Virus record (IMG/VR): IMGVR_UViG_3300008255_000025
Source of the DNA: a virus
Reading direction: 5' to 3' (one strand)
Length of the DNA: 45,413 bases
Shown here: positions 8,433 through 16,347 of the stretch, in pieces
How the letters are laid out: each line of letters starts with the position of its first letter
Position numbering within the stretch: the first letter of the stretch is position 1
Translations under genes and position numbers: made by a program
Notes under the pieces: model-generated
The model's database searches: none
Seen by the model: only the letters and a program-made list of their open reading frames with translations
Told to the model about the DNA's origin: nothing

Positions 8433-10361
8433 TTATACCACCTCACATTGATTACCGACACAGGCTAATTCCTGACTGCCGGTTGTATTGTCTTCTTGTT
8501 CGTAGTGCCTAAGATCATCCCAATCAATAGTAGGCATAGGATGCTCTTTCAAGAACTCTTCGTACTTTTCTTTCGTTACCTCGGTGTAGGGAGCCTGTTG
8601 ATAAGACCCGCCGGCATGAGGAAGAAAAGAGATACCAGAGATATCATCAAAGTTTTTGTAGACCCAAGCACCAACATCAAACCATTCCTCTTCCTTGACG
8701 CTTATTGTCGCAGAAGGTTTGTGCTCACACCAATGGTCCTGCAACGTCTTCCAGAGCTCAAGAGCTTCCAGAGAGGTCTGTTGGTTCCTAGTGACGCTTC
8801 CATCAGGGCTTTTTACAGCGAAGAAGAATACAGTAGTGCTATCTTTAGCCATTACGTCTGGCTCGTTATACACTCCTGCATCCTTAAGGAAACCAGTCAG
8901 CGGGTCATTGTTGTCTGCTCTGATTGTCCTGATGTAGAACTCGGAGTGTCGGGCGTGGAGGCCAGAGGCGGAGTCCACCAGTTGTGAGACTGTACCACTC
9001 GGTTTAACACAGGTAATTGCAGCAGATTGAGGGATACCCAACTTAGCAGCCCAAAGCTTGTTTGTTTCAATTGCTATCTCCTTTAGAATATGTAGGTTAT
9101 CAGGCTTGAGAAGCTCCAAATTATCGCAAACCCCAGTAAGGCTAACCCCAAGCAGTCTCTCTTCTTCGCAGTTATCTCTCCACTTCTTTCGTAGGTATTT
9201 GAAGTCGGTGAAGGTAGACTGGATCGTGCCGAGGGTTGTAGCCGACTCAACTTTCCGTTTAAGGTCCTCAAGAGTATCTGTAGCTCTGACAACAACTTCT
9301 GTGAGGTTGCAGAATTGGTAAGGTCTAAGGATGATCTCAGAACAAGGGTTTGTGCCAAAATCATACTCTGCATCACGTCTTCCATTACGTCCTGCAATTC
9401 GTTGGCAGGCGTATCGGCTGAATATGCCGGGCTCTCCGCTTTGACTGTCATATAACGCCTTCCATTTCTTCATGAACAGTTTCATGTCAGGACGACGATG
9501 CTCATAGACTGCGCTGTTATTAGACAGACGCCTATAACCAAAGTTCTCCCACCATGCCCCTGTCTTGCTCTCCATCATTCGATCGTCTACTACGTCGAAC
9601 AAAGAGATCATTGCAGACCGTCTAACACCTCCAACAACGACGATATCTGCGACTTTGCACATGAGGTCGTGACATTCCAGAGAAGTAAGTCGTCGCCCAG
9701 CCGCGTTAGTGAAAGTGTGTATAGAGAATTTGAAGAGGTCTTCCAGTGGCTCAGGGCCAGAAGCGCGACCACCGAAGGTTTTAAGCCTTTCGCCAGCCCC
9801 TCGCACGTTAGACATGTCCCACTTGGGTATTTGACCCGCAATGAGTAATGAAACGAGCTCTCGAAAAGCTTTAGCCCAACCTTCCTTACTATCGGCGACT
9901 TTGATAACAGTATCGGTCTCTGCAAACTCTTCGCTAATTTTTGGTAGTTGCTCAACATACTTGTTCTCCACACTATAGCCGACGCCTGTACCACACATCA
10001 GAATGTACATAGCCTCGTCAAAAGATCGAGGGCTGTCTACAGGCAGATAGGCGCAGTTATAGGCCGGCACGTGGCAACGATCTAGAGCAGGTCCAGCGGT
10101 CATAAGGGCTCGCATGGATGGCATCACTTCTAGATTGTAGATCGCGGCATAGAGACGACCATAAACAGCGTCTTCCTCCGCTTCTGATTTACAACTACCT
10201 TCATATACAGCGAAATAGTAGTCGCACAACCTCGCTACAGTTTCATCCCAGTTCTCTCTGCGCCCCTCTTTCTCAATCCATCGAGCGTATCGGCTCTTGT
10301 GAATGAACTGAGAATAGAGGGACATTCCGGCATCATTAGTTGATTGTTGGACCATTTTCAT
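8433..10361 (-). CDS. nrdJ: Class II (adenosylcobalamin-dependent) ribonucleotide reductase
   Basis: 642-aa ORF. Active-site TNPCSEIILRPYQFCNLTEV and a C-terminal Cys pair ACVGNQCEVV. The true start is probably the third codon (ATG at 10355), which has AAGGA 5 nt upstream. Confidence 0.85.
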   Translation of the reverse strand: MKMVQQSTNDAGMSLYSQFIHKSRYARWIEKEGRRENWDETVARLCDYYFAVYEGSCKSEAEEDAVYGRLYAAIYNLEVMPSMRALMTAGPALDRCHVPAYNCAYLPVDSPRSFDEAMYILMCGTGVGYSVENKYVEQLPKISEEFAETDTVIKVADSKEGWAKAFRELVSLLIAGQIPKWDMSNVRGAGERLKTFGGRASGPEPLEDLFKFSIHTFTNAAGRRLTSLECHDLMCKVADIVVVGGVRRSAMISLFDVVDDRMMESKTGAWWENFGYRRLSNNSAVYEHRRPDMKLFMKKWKALYDSQSGEPGIFSRYACQRIAGRNGRRDAEYDFGTNPCSEIILRPYQFCNLTEVVVRATDTLEDLKRKVESATTLGTIQSTFTDFKYLRKKWRDNCEEERLLGVSLTGVCDNLELLKPDNLHILKEIAIETNKLWAAKLGIPQSAAITCVKPSGTVSQLVDSASGLHARHSEFYIRTIRADNNDPLTGFLKDAGVYNEPDVMAKDSTTVFFFAVKSPDGSVTRNQQTSLEALELWKTLQDHWCEHKPSATISVKEEEWFDVGAWVYKNFDDISGISFLPHAGGSYQQAPYTEVTKEKYEEFLKEHPMPTIDWDDLRHYEQEDNTTGSQELACVGNQCEVV

Positions 10362-10620
10362 CCTTATCGTTAGCGGCTACCATCATTAGCGGGACAGCCA
10401 GTTCTTGTGGGTCTGACCAAACTTCTTCGTCATCGCCATCTAACTTGAGGACAATAATAGAGTGTGTAATCAAACCAGAGGATTTATCCTGTAGAAAGGA
10501 GGCCCCGCACATCACTCGATCTTGGAAGATGTCTTGCACCACTGAGAGGCACTGGTCATCCGTAAGAACACTTGTAATCTGCTTCGGGTCAAATTCGTTA
10601 TCGTTAGTTTTATCAGTCAT
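10336..10620 (-). CDS. Hypothetical acidic protein
   Basis: 94-aa ORF in the operon, 8 nt downstream of the HD gene stop. No motif recognised. Confidence 0.55.
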   Translation of the reverse strand: MTDKTNDNEFDPKQITSVLTDDQCLSVVQDIFQDRVMCGASFLQDKSSGLITHSIIVLKLDGDDEEVWSDPQELAVPLMMVAANDKDENGPTIN

Positions 10621-10628
10621 TTTATTCC

Positions 10629-11177
10629 TTATGCTGCACTCTTCTGTCGGAGTGCTGTCAGTTCATTAAATCGAGAGAGGAAGAACGCTTTCGCGTCTTT
10701 TGGTTGCATACCGGTAATCACTACGTCAGCGATCTTGGTACGAGTATGCCAAAGATTGTCTACCCCTCCTGTTGCGATTTGCTCTCGTTCTGCTTTATAT
10801 AGCTGCTTGTCTGCAACATGTACTGAACGAGGCATAGGCCAAGAAAGATTAAAATAATTAAAAAGGGCCTCCTGTACAGCCTCTTCAATCTTCTTGTATT
10901 CAGGTAGCAAAGCCTTCAAAGGAGACGAAACATCTCCACAGAAAGCCTCGCTCGCGTCATGCAGTAAGCCTGCAAGGGCTGCACTCTCCGGCACGATACG
11001 TGAGACAAGTACGCTGTGTTCAGCTACGCTGTAGAACTTGTCACTGTGTCCCGTGTATCGACAAACATGAGACAAAGCGTGTGCAATAGTCTTAATATCA
11101 AACTCGTGCCTAAACGGATCATTAAAGTCGAAGAAATCTCCGTTGTTAAGCAGAATAGAGGTTTTAGTCTGTTCCAT
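10629..11177 (-). CDS. HD-domain phosphohydrolase (YfbR/5'-deoxynucleotidase or dNTPase-like)
   Basis: HALSHVCRYTGH...YSVAEHSVLVS...LLHDASEAFCGDV (H..HD..D metal ligands). ATG at 11177 is preceded by AAGGAAG. The ORF-track start at 11210 is less likely. Confidence 0.8.
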   Translation of the reverse strand: MEQTKTSILLNNGDFFDFNDPFRHEFDIKTIAHALSHVCRYTGHSDKFYSVAEHSVLVSRIVPESAALAGLLHDASEAFCGDVSSPLKALLPEYKKIEEAVQEALFNYFNLSWPMPRSVHVADKQLYKAEREQIATGGVDNLWHTRTKIADVVITGMQPKDAKAFFLSRFNELTALRQKSAA

Positions 11178-11604
11178 TTTCAGCTTCCTTCTGACGGAGA
11201 TATAACTCAAGTACCGCTAGTGCGCCCCAAGCTTCGTGCTTAAGATGCATCAGATGGCTGTCATCGTCAATCTCTTCGCCCATAGCGAGCTTCAAGGCAT
11301 GACGATATTTAGCGTCTTGATAACGATTGTACCCGTCCTCTACGCCTTCCCACCCTTTCCAAGCGTATTTATTGGCTCCGAAAGTAGAGATTTCAGCAAC
11401 ACCCCAAAGGGCTCGTGGGAAGTAGTTGATTACGCCTTGAAAGACAGAAGGCTTGCCGGCATCGTCCTTAATAGCACCAGTGCCAATCTTGTCTTCGCTA
11501 TCTGGCGTATCGCTGGCCGACCACTTGGCTAGAACCTCTTGTACTACTTCTTCGTCAGTCTCACCAGTAGAGGTGAGCTGTTCTGGATATGCTTCTTTTC
11601 CCAT
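11164..11604 (-). CDS. All-alpha MazG-like dNTP pyrophosphohydrolase (dATP/dGTP diphosphohydrolase-type N-terminal domain)
   Basis: DDAGKPSVFQGVINYFPRALWGVAEISTFGANKYAWKGWEGV...YQDAKYRHALKLAMGEEIDDDSHLMHLKHEAWGALAVLEL matches the phage DUF5664/MazZ-like pattern as I recall it. Confidence 0.7.
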   Translation of the reverse strand: MGKEAYPEQLTSTGETDEEVVQEVLAKWSASDTPDSEDKIGTGAIKDDAGKPSVFQGVINYFPRALWGVAEISTFGANKYAWKGWEGVEDGYNRYQDAKYRHALKLAMGEEIDDDSHLMHLKHEAWGALAVLELYLRQKEAENGTD

Positions 11605-11607
11605 TTC

Positions 11608-11778
11608 TTAACTCCTTAATCCTACAAACTCTTTTACATCTTCAACATTGTCTTCATTAATCCAGTCGTCTTGAAGGGCACAAGAAAGAATATCTTGTAT
11701 GGAGACCTGTAGAAATTCTACAAGCTCCCACCCTTCAAGACGATCAGCAATTGCGGCTAGCTCTTCTTGTGTTAACAT
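11608..11778 (-). CDS. Hypothetical small acidic protein (56 aa, MLTQEELAAIADRLEGWELVEF...)
   Basis: Below the ORF-track length cutoff. ATG directly abuts the upstream stop. The 3' end carries the AGGAG that serves the next gene. Confidence 0.5.
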   Translation of the reverse strand: MLTQEELAAIADRLEGWELVEFLQVSIQDILSCALQDDWINEDNVEDVKEFVGLRS

Positions 11779-12528
11779 TTACTTTGCTTTCTTAGCTACT
11801 CCGCTAATCTTACGACGAGTTCCCTCGCCCCACGACCCGCAGTCCTGACATTGAATACGCTGAATACTAAAGTGTTTCGTATGACGGAAACCTCTCTTCT
11901 GCGTATGTTTACTACCACAAGCACCACACTTGACGGACCGTTCTTCGTCGAACGACATATTGGGGTGGTTCTTGATGAATGGGCGAAGCTTCATGTACAC
12001 ACGTTCAGTAAGTCTTACGTCCTGTATGCAGTACTTCTCCATTCGTTTCTGTGCCCGAGTATCTCCGTCCATAACTTTAGACCACAAAGAGAAGCCTTCA
12101 TGCTTCATTTTACGACCTACTTCAAGGAACGGACCAACAAAATCAAGCTTACCACTGTCGAACCCTAGTTGTCGCACAGTCTTGTAAACATCGATCGTTG
12201 TAGGCGGTGGAGGTGGTTTAAGCCCTGCCCTAACAAATTCACCTGTCAGTTTAGGGAGATCGAACTTGTCTCCATTATACGTGATCACAGCATCAGCTTG
12301 ACTAATCAGGTCGTGCATCGCTTCGACCATTGCTTGGTGTCCGTCATCCCAGTCGGAATAGAAGAACACCTCTTTCTCACCAAGCCACTTTGCCCCGACA
12401 CAGATGGTGCCTCCGGGCGCTACGATTTGGTTAAGGCTTATATTCTGGTCCCATAGACGCCAGACATAAGCAAGAATAGGCTTAGTCTCAATGTCTAATA
12501 GGAGTACTTTGTTTTTGTGTTTACTCAT
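11779..12528 (-). CDS. RNase H-fold 3'-5' exonuclease (PolB-exonuclease-like) with a C-terminal zinc ribbon
   Basis: VLLLDIETKPILAYVW (Exo I D-x-E), ITYNGDKFDLP (Exo II), YCIQDVRL (Exo III). C-terminal CGACGS...CQDCGSW. Confidence 0.75.
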   Translation of the reverse strand: MSKHKNKVLLLDIETKPILAYVWRLWDQNISLNQIVAPGGTICVGAKWLGEKEVFFYSDWDDGHQAMVEAMHDLISQADAVITYNGDKFDLPKLTGEFVRAGLKPPPPPTTIDVYKTVRQLGFDSGKLDFVGPFLEVGRKMKHEGFSLWSKVMDGDTRAQKRMEKYCIQDVRLTERVYMKLRPFIKNHPNMSFDEERSVKCGACGSKHTQKRGFRHTKHFSIQRIQCQDCGSWGEGTRRKISGVAKKAK

Positions 12529-12832
12529 AGAATTTATGTCTTCCTATTTGTTTATATATTTCCTTACCCCAGTTTACACCATTCGAGGAAAAATAAAGGC
12601 TGCTGCCAATAGGATTAGCATAAACCCTATCAATAATTCTCCTAGCCAAGACTTTCTTTGCATTAGTCATTCCTTTCTTGGACGTCCACGAGAACTGGTA
12701 CTTCTGTTTAACTACCCCACAAATAGTGTTGGGGAAGCGTTTAGATTTTACTCTGTTTAGCACAACTTGTGCGACTGCGACCTGACCTTGCAGAGGCTCT
12801 CCACGAGCTTCATGATAGATTACACTACTCAA
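12521..12832 (-). CDS. SleB-type cell wall hydrolase domain protein
   Basis: IYHEARGEPLQGQVAVAQVVLNRVKSKRFPNTICGVVKQKYQFSW is the SleB/Hydrolase_2 signature. The only in-frame canonical start is TTG at 12832. No signal peptide. Confidence 0.65.
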   Translation of the reverse strand: MSSVIYHEARGEPLQGQVAVAQVVLNRVKSKRFPNTICGVVKQKYQFSWTSKKGMTNAKKVLARRIIDRVYANPIGSSLYFSSNGVNWGKEIYKQIGRHKFYE

Positions 12833-12852
12833 GCAAAGCAGGGCCGCAGCAC

Positions 12853-12999
12853 TTATAGGTAGGTTGAGTCCTCTTCGTCTTCAAACCAGTCGTCTGGCAA
12901 TACAGACCACTCCATTGCTCTAACAAAAAGGTAGGCGAAGCCTGTTACAGCAGCGCCAATAAGTGTAATAATTCCTAACCCTAGTAGCACTTCCGTCAT
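12853..12999 (-). CDS. Small single-pass membrane protein (48 aa, MTEVLLGLGIITLIGAAVTGFAYLFV...DDWFEDEEDSTYL)
   Basis: Hand-translated. ATG overlaps the upstream stop (TAATG). Hydrophobic N-terminus and acidic tail. Below the ORF-track cutoff. Confidence 0.45.
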   Translation of the reverse strand: MTEVLLGLGIITLIGAAVTGFAYLFVRAMEWSVLPDDWFEDEEDSTYL

Positions 13000-13457
13000 T
13001 ATCTTTTTTTCTTTCGTTTTCGAGGCTGTTTAGGCACGAACAACCCAGTGCCTTGCTCTATGTAGTCTGCAATCTTTCTAAGGAGGTCTCCGTCTCTGTG
13101 TCTTCCTACTAACCGCCTATTGCAGTAATTACACAGCAATCCACGTATCTCTCCTGTAATATGGTTATGATCTACAGAAAGCTTCGTTTTAAACTCTTTT
13201 TCATGTTTTTCACAAATATAGCATCTGTGGTTCTGTTTTTTAAGCAGGTCATCGTACTGTTTAGTAGTGATACCGTACTTTTTTTGTAGATGATACTGCC
13301 TATTTACAGAATACCTATTCTTTGTGTCTTCTCTGTTAGCACGCCATTCTTTAGTTTGCTTAGCGGTACAGGCCCGGCACCAAGATTTGAGGTACTTACC
13401 AGACCTATGAAACTCTGTTAAAGGCTGCTCTTTTTTACATTTTGTACAGGTTTTCAT
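12999..13457 (-). CDS. Endonuclease VII-family (HNH-type) nuclease
   Basis: CYICEKHEKEFKTKLSVDHNHITGEIRGLLCNYCNRRLVG matches T4 endo VII. N-terminal CTKCKK...CRAC zinc motif. Confidence 0.8.
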   Translation of the reverse strand: MKTCTKCKKEQPLTEFHRSGKYLKSWCRACTAKQTKEWRANREDTKNRYSVNRQYHLQKKYGITTKQYDDLLKKQNHRCYICEKHEKEFKTKLSVDHNHITGEIRGLLCNYCNRRLVGRHRDGDLLRKIADYIEQGTGLFVPKQPRKRKKKR

Positions 13458-14347
13458 CCGTTACCCATCGCTGCGAAAGGGTTGGGGTCATACGCTTCGC
13501 CGGATACTTTAGGCTCTCGCACAACTTTAGTCAGATAGCGAGGACCATTGCTGTAGTAGTAAGTCTTCAATTCAGGCCAGCAGCGGAATTTATGGCTGCA
13601 ATAAGAGCACCCTATATCAAGCTTCATGTTGCCGCTTTTACCGTCAGGTACGTCTTCGTAGCACCGCTCTGGTGCTGCGTCTTGCTCTACTACGTCCTTG
13701 ATGTGAGCAATACGTGCTTTTACATCAAAGGGTTGCAAAACTTCAGCAGGAACTTTCAACAGGGTAAGCTTACCAAGTGTCTTGTCTACAGCTAGAAATG
13801 CACCACCTTTGCCCGGAGTAAGTGCTTCAACGTATCCAGCCATTTGAGCTACGTAGCCGAAAGGGTCTTTAGCTTTACCCTCTAGCAGTTCGCCAGACTC
13901 AAACTTCTTGAACGAGTAGGTGGAGGCTGATTTGATATCAACAACCACTCCGTCGATCATACAGTCGATGTGGCCTTTGATGCCATCAACACCTACCTCA
14001 CCTTGCTCCATCTTTACGTCATGTCCAGCCATCTTAGCCAACATGAGGATAAACTCTTCGATCATGTCGCCATAAGCGAACTTTATCAGAGTAGAAGGAA
14101 GGAAAGGTTCTTTACTGCCGTCTGGGTGCATGTCATACCATAGCTGCCTGTCTGGCCGGCCTATGTTGGACATACGCAGTCGAGGTGTATCGTCTCTCTT
14201 CTCTTGGAACCTAAGAGACATGATATCCTCTAGGCCTTTACCAAAGTTCTGGAAGAAGTGATCACCAAATTCAATAGCTTGATCACCGTCTTTAAACAGG
14301 GCGTAAATGTCGTCAACTAGTGTGTCGATTGTTTTCTCAGTTGTCAT
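13454..14347 (-). CDS. PD-(D/E)XK nuclease, Cas4/RecB-like exonuclease
   Basis: GHIDCMIDGVVVDIKSAS (D...D-x-K core) and a C-terminal Cys cluster CSYCSHKFRCW. ATGA-type overlap with its neighbours. Confidence 0.7.
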   Translation of the reverse strand: MTTEKTIDTLVDDIYALFKDGDQAIEFGDHFFQNFGKGLEDIMSLRFQEKRDDTPRLRMSNIGRPDRQLWYDMHPDGSKEPFLPSTLIKFAYGDMIEEFILMLAKMAGHDVKMEQGEVGVDGIKGHIDCMIDGVVVDIKSASTYSFKKFESGELLEGKAKDPFGYVAQMAGYVEALTPGKGGAFLAVDKTLGKLTLLKVPAEVLQPFDVKARIAHIKDVVEQDAAPERCYEDVPDGKSGNMKLDIGCSYCSHKFRCWPELKTYYYSNGPRYLTKVVREPKVSGEAYDPNPFAAMGNG

Positions 14348-14589
14348 TTCTGGTACACTTTCTTAATTTTAAGGAACTCAATTGAACGAGGTATCCAATG
14401 ATGGACTTCTGTGACTACAGCTCGGTCAACGCCTTCTACTGTCGTTTTTTTCGGGAAGTCTTCCAACAAAGCTCTAAGCGTTTGCTCTGCTTCTTCTTTA
14501 TCGGAAGCGTTAACAATAAACTCTACTTGGCTGGTTACTACTTGATCGACTTTTGCTGTGACGTGGTATATACTCTTATCGTCGGGCAT
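14344..14589 (-). CDS. Hypothetical protein
   Basis: 81-aa ORF. AGGAG lies 5 nt upstream of the ATG. Overlaps the downstream gene start. Confidence 0.6.
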   Translation of the reverse strand: MPDDKSIYHVTAKVDQVVTSQVEFIVNASDKEEAEQTLRALLEDFPKKTTVEGVDRAVVTEVHHWIPRSIEFLKIKKVYQK

Positions 14590-14599
14590 CTAGTCTCCT

Positions 14600-14648
14600 A
14601 TAAAAATACGTGGGTTGGGCGGGTGGTAACGGCCTCCACTTGACCCAC
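14600..14648 (-). terminator. Probable intrinsic terminator/attenuator downstream of the SSB gene
   Basis: On the minus strand: GUGGGU-caa-GUGG-aggccguua-CCAC-ccgccca-ACCCAC followed by gUAUUUUUAU, ending just before the AGGAG of the next gene. Confidence 0.5.
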
Positions 14649-14765
14649 GGCTTATCCTCTCGGACCCGGTTTAAATTGGTGGGGTTTCTTTTGAGACGCT
14701 ATCCCCGGCGAGTCAGGATGAACCTGACCCTTACGTCTGGTCCTAGGGAGCTACCCTAGTAACCC

Positions 14766-15338
14766 TTAGAACGGAACGTCGTCGTCCAGTTCTTTAGCTA
14801 CATCACTATTGTCTGTACCGAAATCCTCCGCTACACGGTCCTTGGCTGCGACCTTAGCCGCTGGCTTAGCAGAACCACCACTGGCGTCATCCATAGCACC
14901 AAATTCAGAGGAAGCATACTTGACAAGCTCTGTCACTCGAATAGCTGACGGGTAGATGCCTTTGAATTTACCTACACCATAGTCAGCAATATTGACTTTA
15001 ACGTCGCCCCTGCTACCATTACCAATCATGGTGTCGTCCGGCCACTTTTCGTTGGCTTCGTTGTACACTCTGATATGAGTATTAGGGGTTCCGTCTTTCT
15101 TAAGCTCAGACTTCTTCAACACGATATACTTACCGCGTTCAGGGTCTTTCTTGTCAGTTTTCAATCGATCGGTTAGACCGTGTTTCTCAAGGGTAGCGAT
15201 ACCGGCTTCATCCGGAACCAACTCAAAGGTCCATTCATTAGCGTCTCCACCGTAATTAGGTCGAGGTGCGCCAAAGATTTTGGCCCAATATAAGGTGCCT
15301 GAGATAAACTCGGTTACACTGCTTGTTGCTTTTGCCAT
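14766..15338 (-). CDS. ssb: Single-stranded DNA-binding protein (phage type)
   Basis: 190-aa ORF ending in the acidic SSB tail ...ELDDDVPF. It has its own strong promoter and a downstream hairpin cluster. Confidence 0.8.
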   Translation of the reverse strand: MAKATSSVTEFISGTLYWAKIFGAPRPNYGGDANEWTFELVPDEAGIATLEKHGLTDRLKTDKKDPERGKYIVLKKSELKKDGTPNTHIRVYNEANEKWPDDTMIGNGSRGDVKVNIADYGVGKFKGIYPSAIRVTELVKYASSEFGAMDDASGGSAKPAAKVAAKDRVAEDFGTDNSDVAKELDDDVPF

Positions 15339-15454
15339 TACTTAAATTCACTTTCTTTTTGAGTTACTTAATGATATAAGGTTAGAGAGTTATGATTTAT
15401 TAAGGAGTCCTGTATAATGTGAAGGCTCGCTCTTTCTTCCAACCTTATAAGAGT

Positions 15455-15482
15455 ATTATAACAGATTTTAAGGAAAAGTCAA
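15455..15482 (-). promoter_or_regulatory. Sigma70-type promoter with an extended -10, driving the SSB gene
   Basis: Minus strand reads TTGACT-16 nt-TATAAT with TGt immediately upstream of the -10 (TGTTATAAT). Confidence 0.75.
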
Positions 15483-15491
15483 GAACTATTT

Positions 15492-16211
15492 TCAACTAAC
15501 TTCATTTAGGTCAACAGTTAAAGGTTTCCACATAGGGTTCTCTCCGGGATAGCCTCTAGGATTACAGACTACTCTTACTCCATTGACTTGCTTATCTGCG
15601 AAAGCGTGAGTATGTCCATGACACCAGACAGCGATCTGGTCTGGGTACATCTCAATCAGTTGTCGCATATACGGGTTCCAGTACCACTCATTAGAAGGGT
15701 CGTCTTCGTAACGAGGGTCAAGAGTTTCAGTACACGGTGCAGTATGTGTAGTTACAATCCCTTTGATACTGCCTTCTTTCCATCTTTGAAGGGCATATTC
15801 AACCATCTTGGCGTCATTCATAGCTATCTGATTAACCCTGTCTGCCGTCAAGTCTGCAAAACGTCCATCATTCATAGAGCGATACCAGAGATGTTCGTTA
15901 GACACCTGATACCAACCATTGACGATAACAAGAGGAACTCCTTCAATATCTTCCAAAGGAGAGAAATCTTCTTGGAACCGTTCAAGAGTCTCTATATAGT
16001 CTCTACCCTGACCGACATTAGAATAATGCTCATGGTTGCCATCACAGGCGTAAACATTGAAACCCTTGTTTCGTAATTTATTTAGAAACTTCAAACCAAG
16101 AAGGCCGTTAGCAGTGTCTCCTGCAACAACTACGTTCTCTTCTAATAGGTCGTAAGGAGTTTTAGGCTGGGGGTGATCTAGGTGCATATCACTAATCAGA
16201 GAAAATTTCAT
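15492..16211 (-). CDS. Calcineurin-like metallophosphoesterase (class III phosphodiesterase-like motifs)
   Basis: SDMHLDH...VVAGDTANG...CDGNHEHY...TTHTAP...CHGHTHAF: D-x-H / GD / GNHE / H / GHxH. Confidence 0.8.
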   Translation of the reverse strand: MKFSLISDMHLDHPQPKTPYDLLEENVVVAGDTANGLLGLKFLNKLRNKGFNVYACDGNHEHYSNVGQGRDYIETLERFQEDFSPLEDIEGVPLVIVNGWYQVSNEHLWYRSMNDGRFADLTADRVNQIAMNDAKMVEYALQRWKEGSIKGIVTTHTAPCTETLDPRYEDDPSNEWYWNPYMRQLIEMYPDQIAVWCHGHTHAFADKQVNGVRVVCNPRGYPGENPMWKPLTVDLNEVS

Positions 16212-16327
16212 TGTGTATCCTTTTCAATCACCGGCCCATAATCCCACAAATGATCGCCTTCATTTTTACAATACCAATCAGCTTCTTCCTTGGTCTTAAA
16301 GTGTTTTATGATAATCTTTTTATCCAT
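16208..16327 (-). CDS. Hypothetical small protein (39 aa, MDKKIIIKHFKTKEEADWYCKNEGDHLWDYGPVIEKDTQ)
   Basis: Hand-translated. The stop overlaps the next ATG (ATGA). It fills the gap after the polymerase gene. The RBS is weak. Confidence 0.4.
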   Translation of the reverse strand: MDKKIIIKHFKTKEEADWYCKNEGDHLWDYGPVIEKDTQ

Positions 16328-16347
16328 ATATTCTAACCAATAGGTTT

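Noticed and set aside
10629-11604. Z-genome (2-aminoadenine) biosynthesis cluster suggested by the HD plus MazG-like pair
   Set aside because: No PurZ/adenylosuccinate-synthetase-like ORF exists anywhere in this complete genome. The pair is reported only as a dNTP-pool module of unknown selectivity.
14712-14728. GTCAGG-ttcat-CCTGAC hairpin (minus strand) considered as a tRNA T-arm
   Set aside because: The loop is 5 nt (or 7 nt beginning with G, not TTC-R-A). The sequence following it (tcgccgg) has no complementary 5' acceptor strand upstream, where the SSB coding sequence lies.
15411-15418. Plus-strand TGTATAAT (extended -10) facing the SSB promoter, which might drive an antisense RNA
   Set aside because: The -35 is poor (TTATGA). 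It sits in an AT-rich spacer where such strings arise by chance; about one TGnTATAAT is expected per genome by chance. There is no downstream plus-strand feature.
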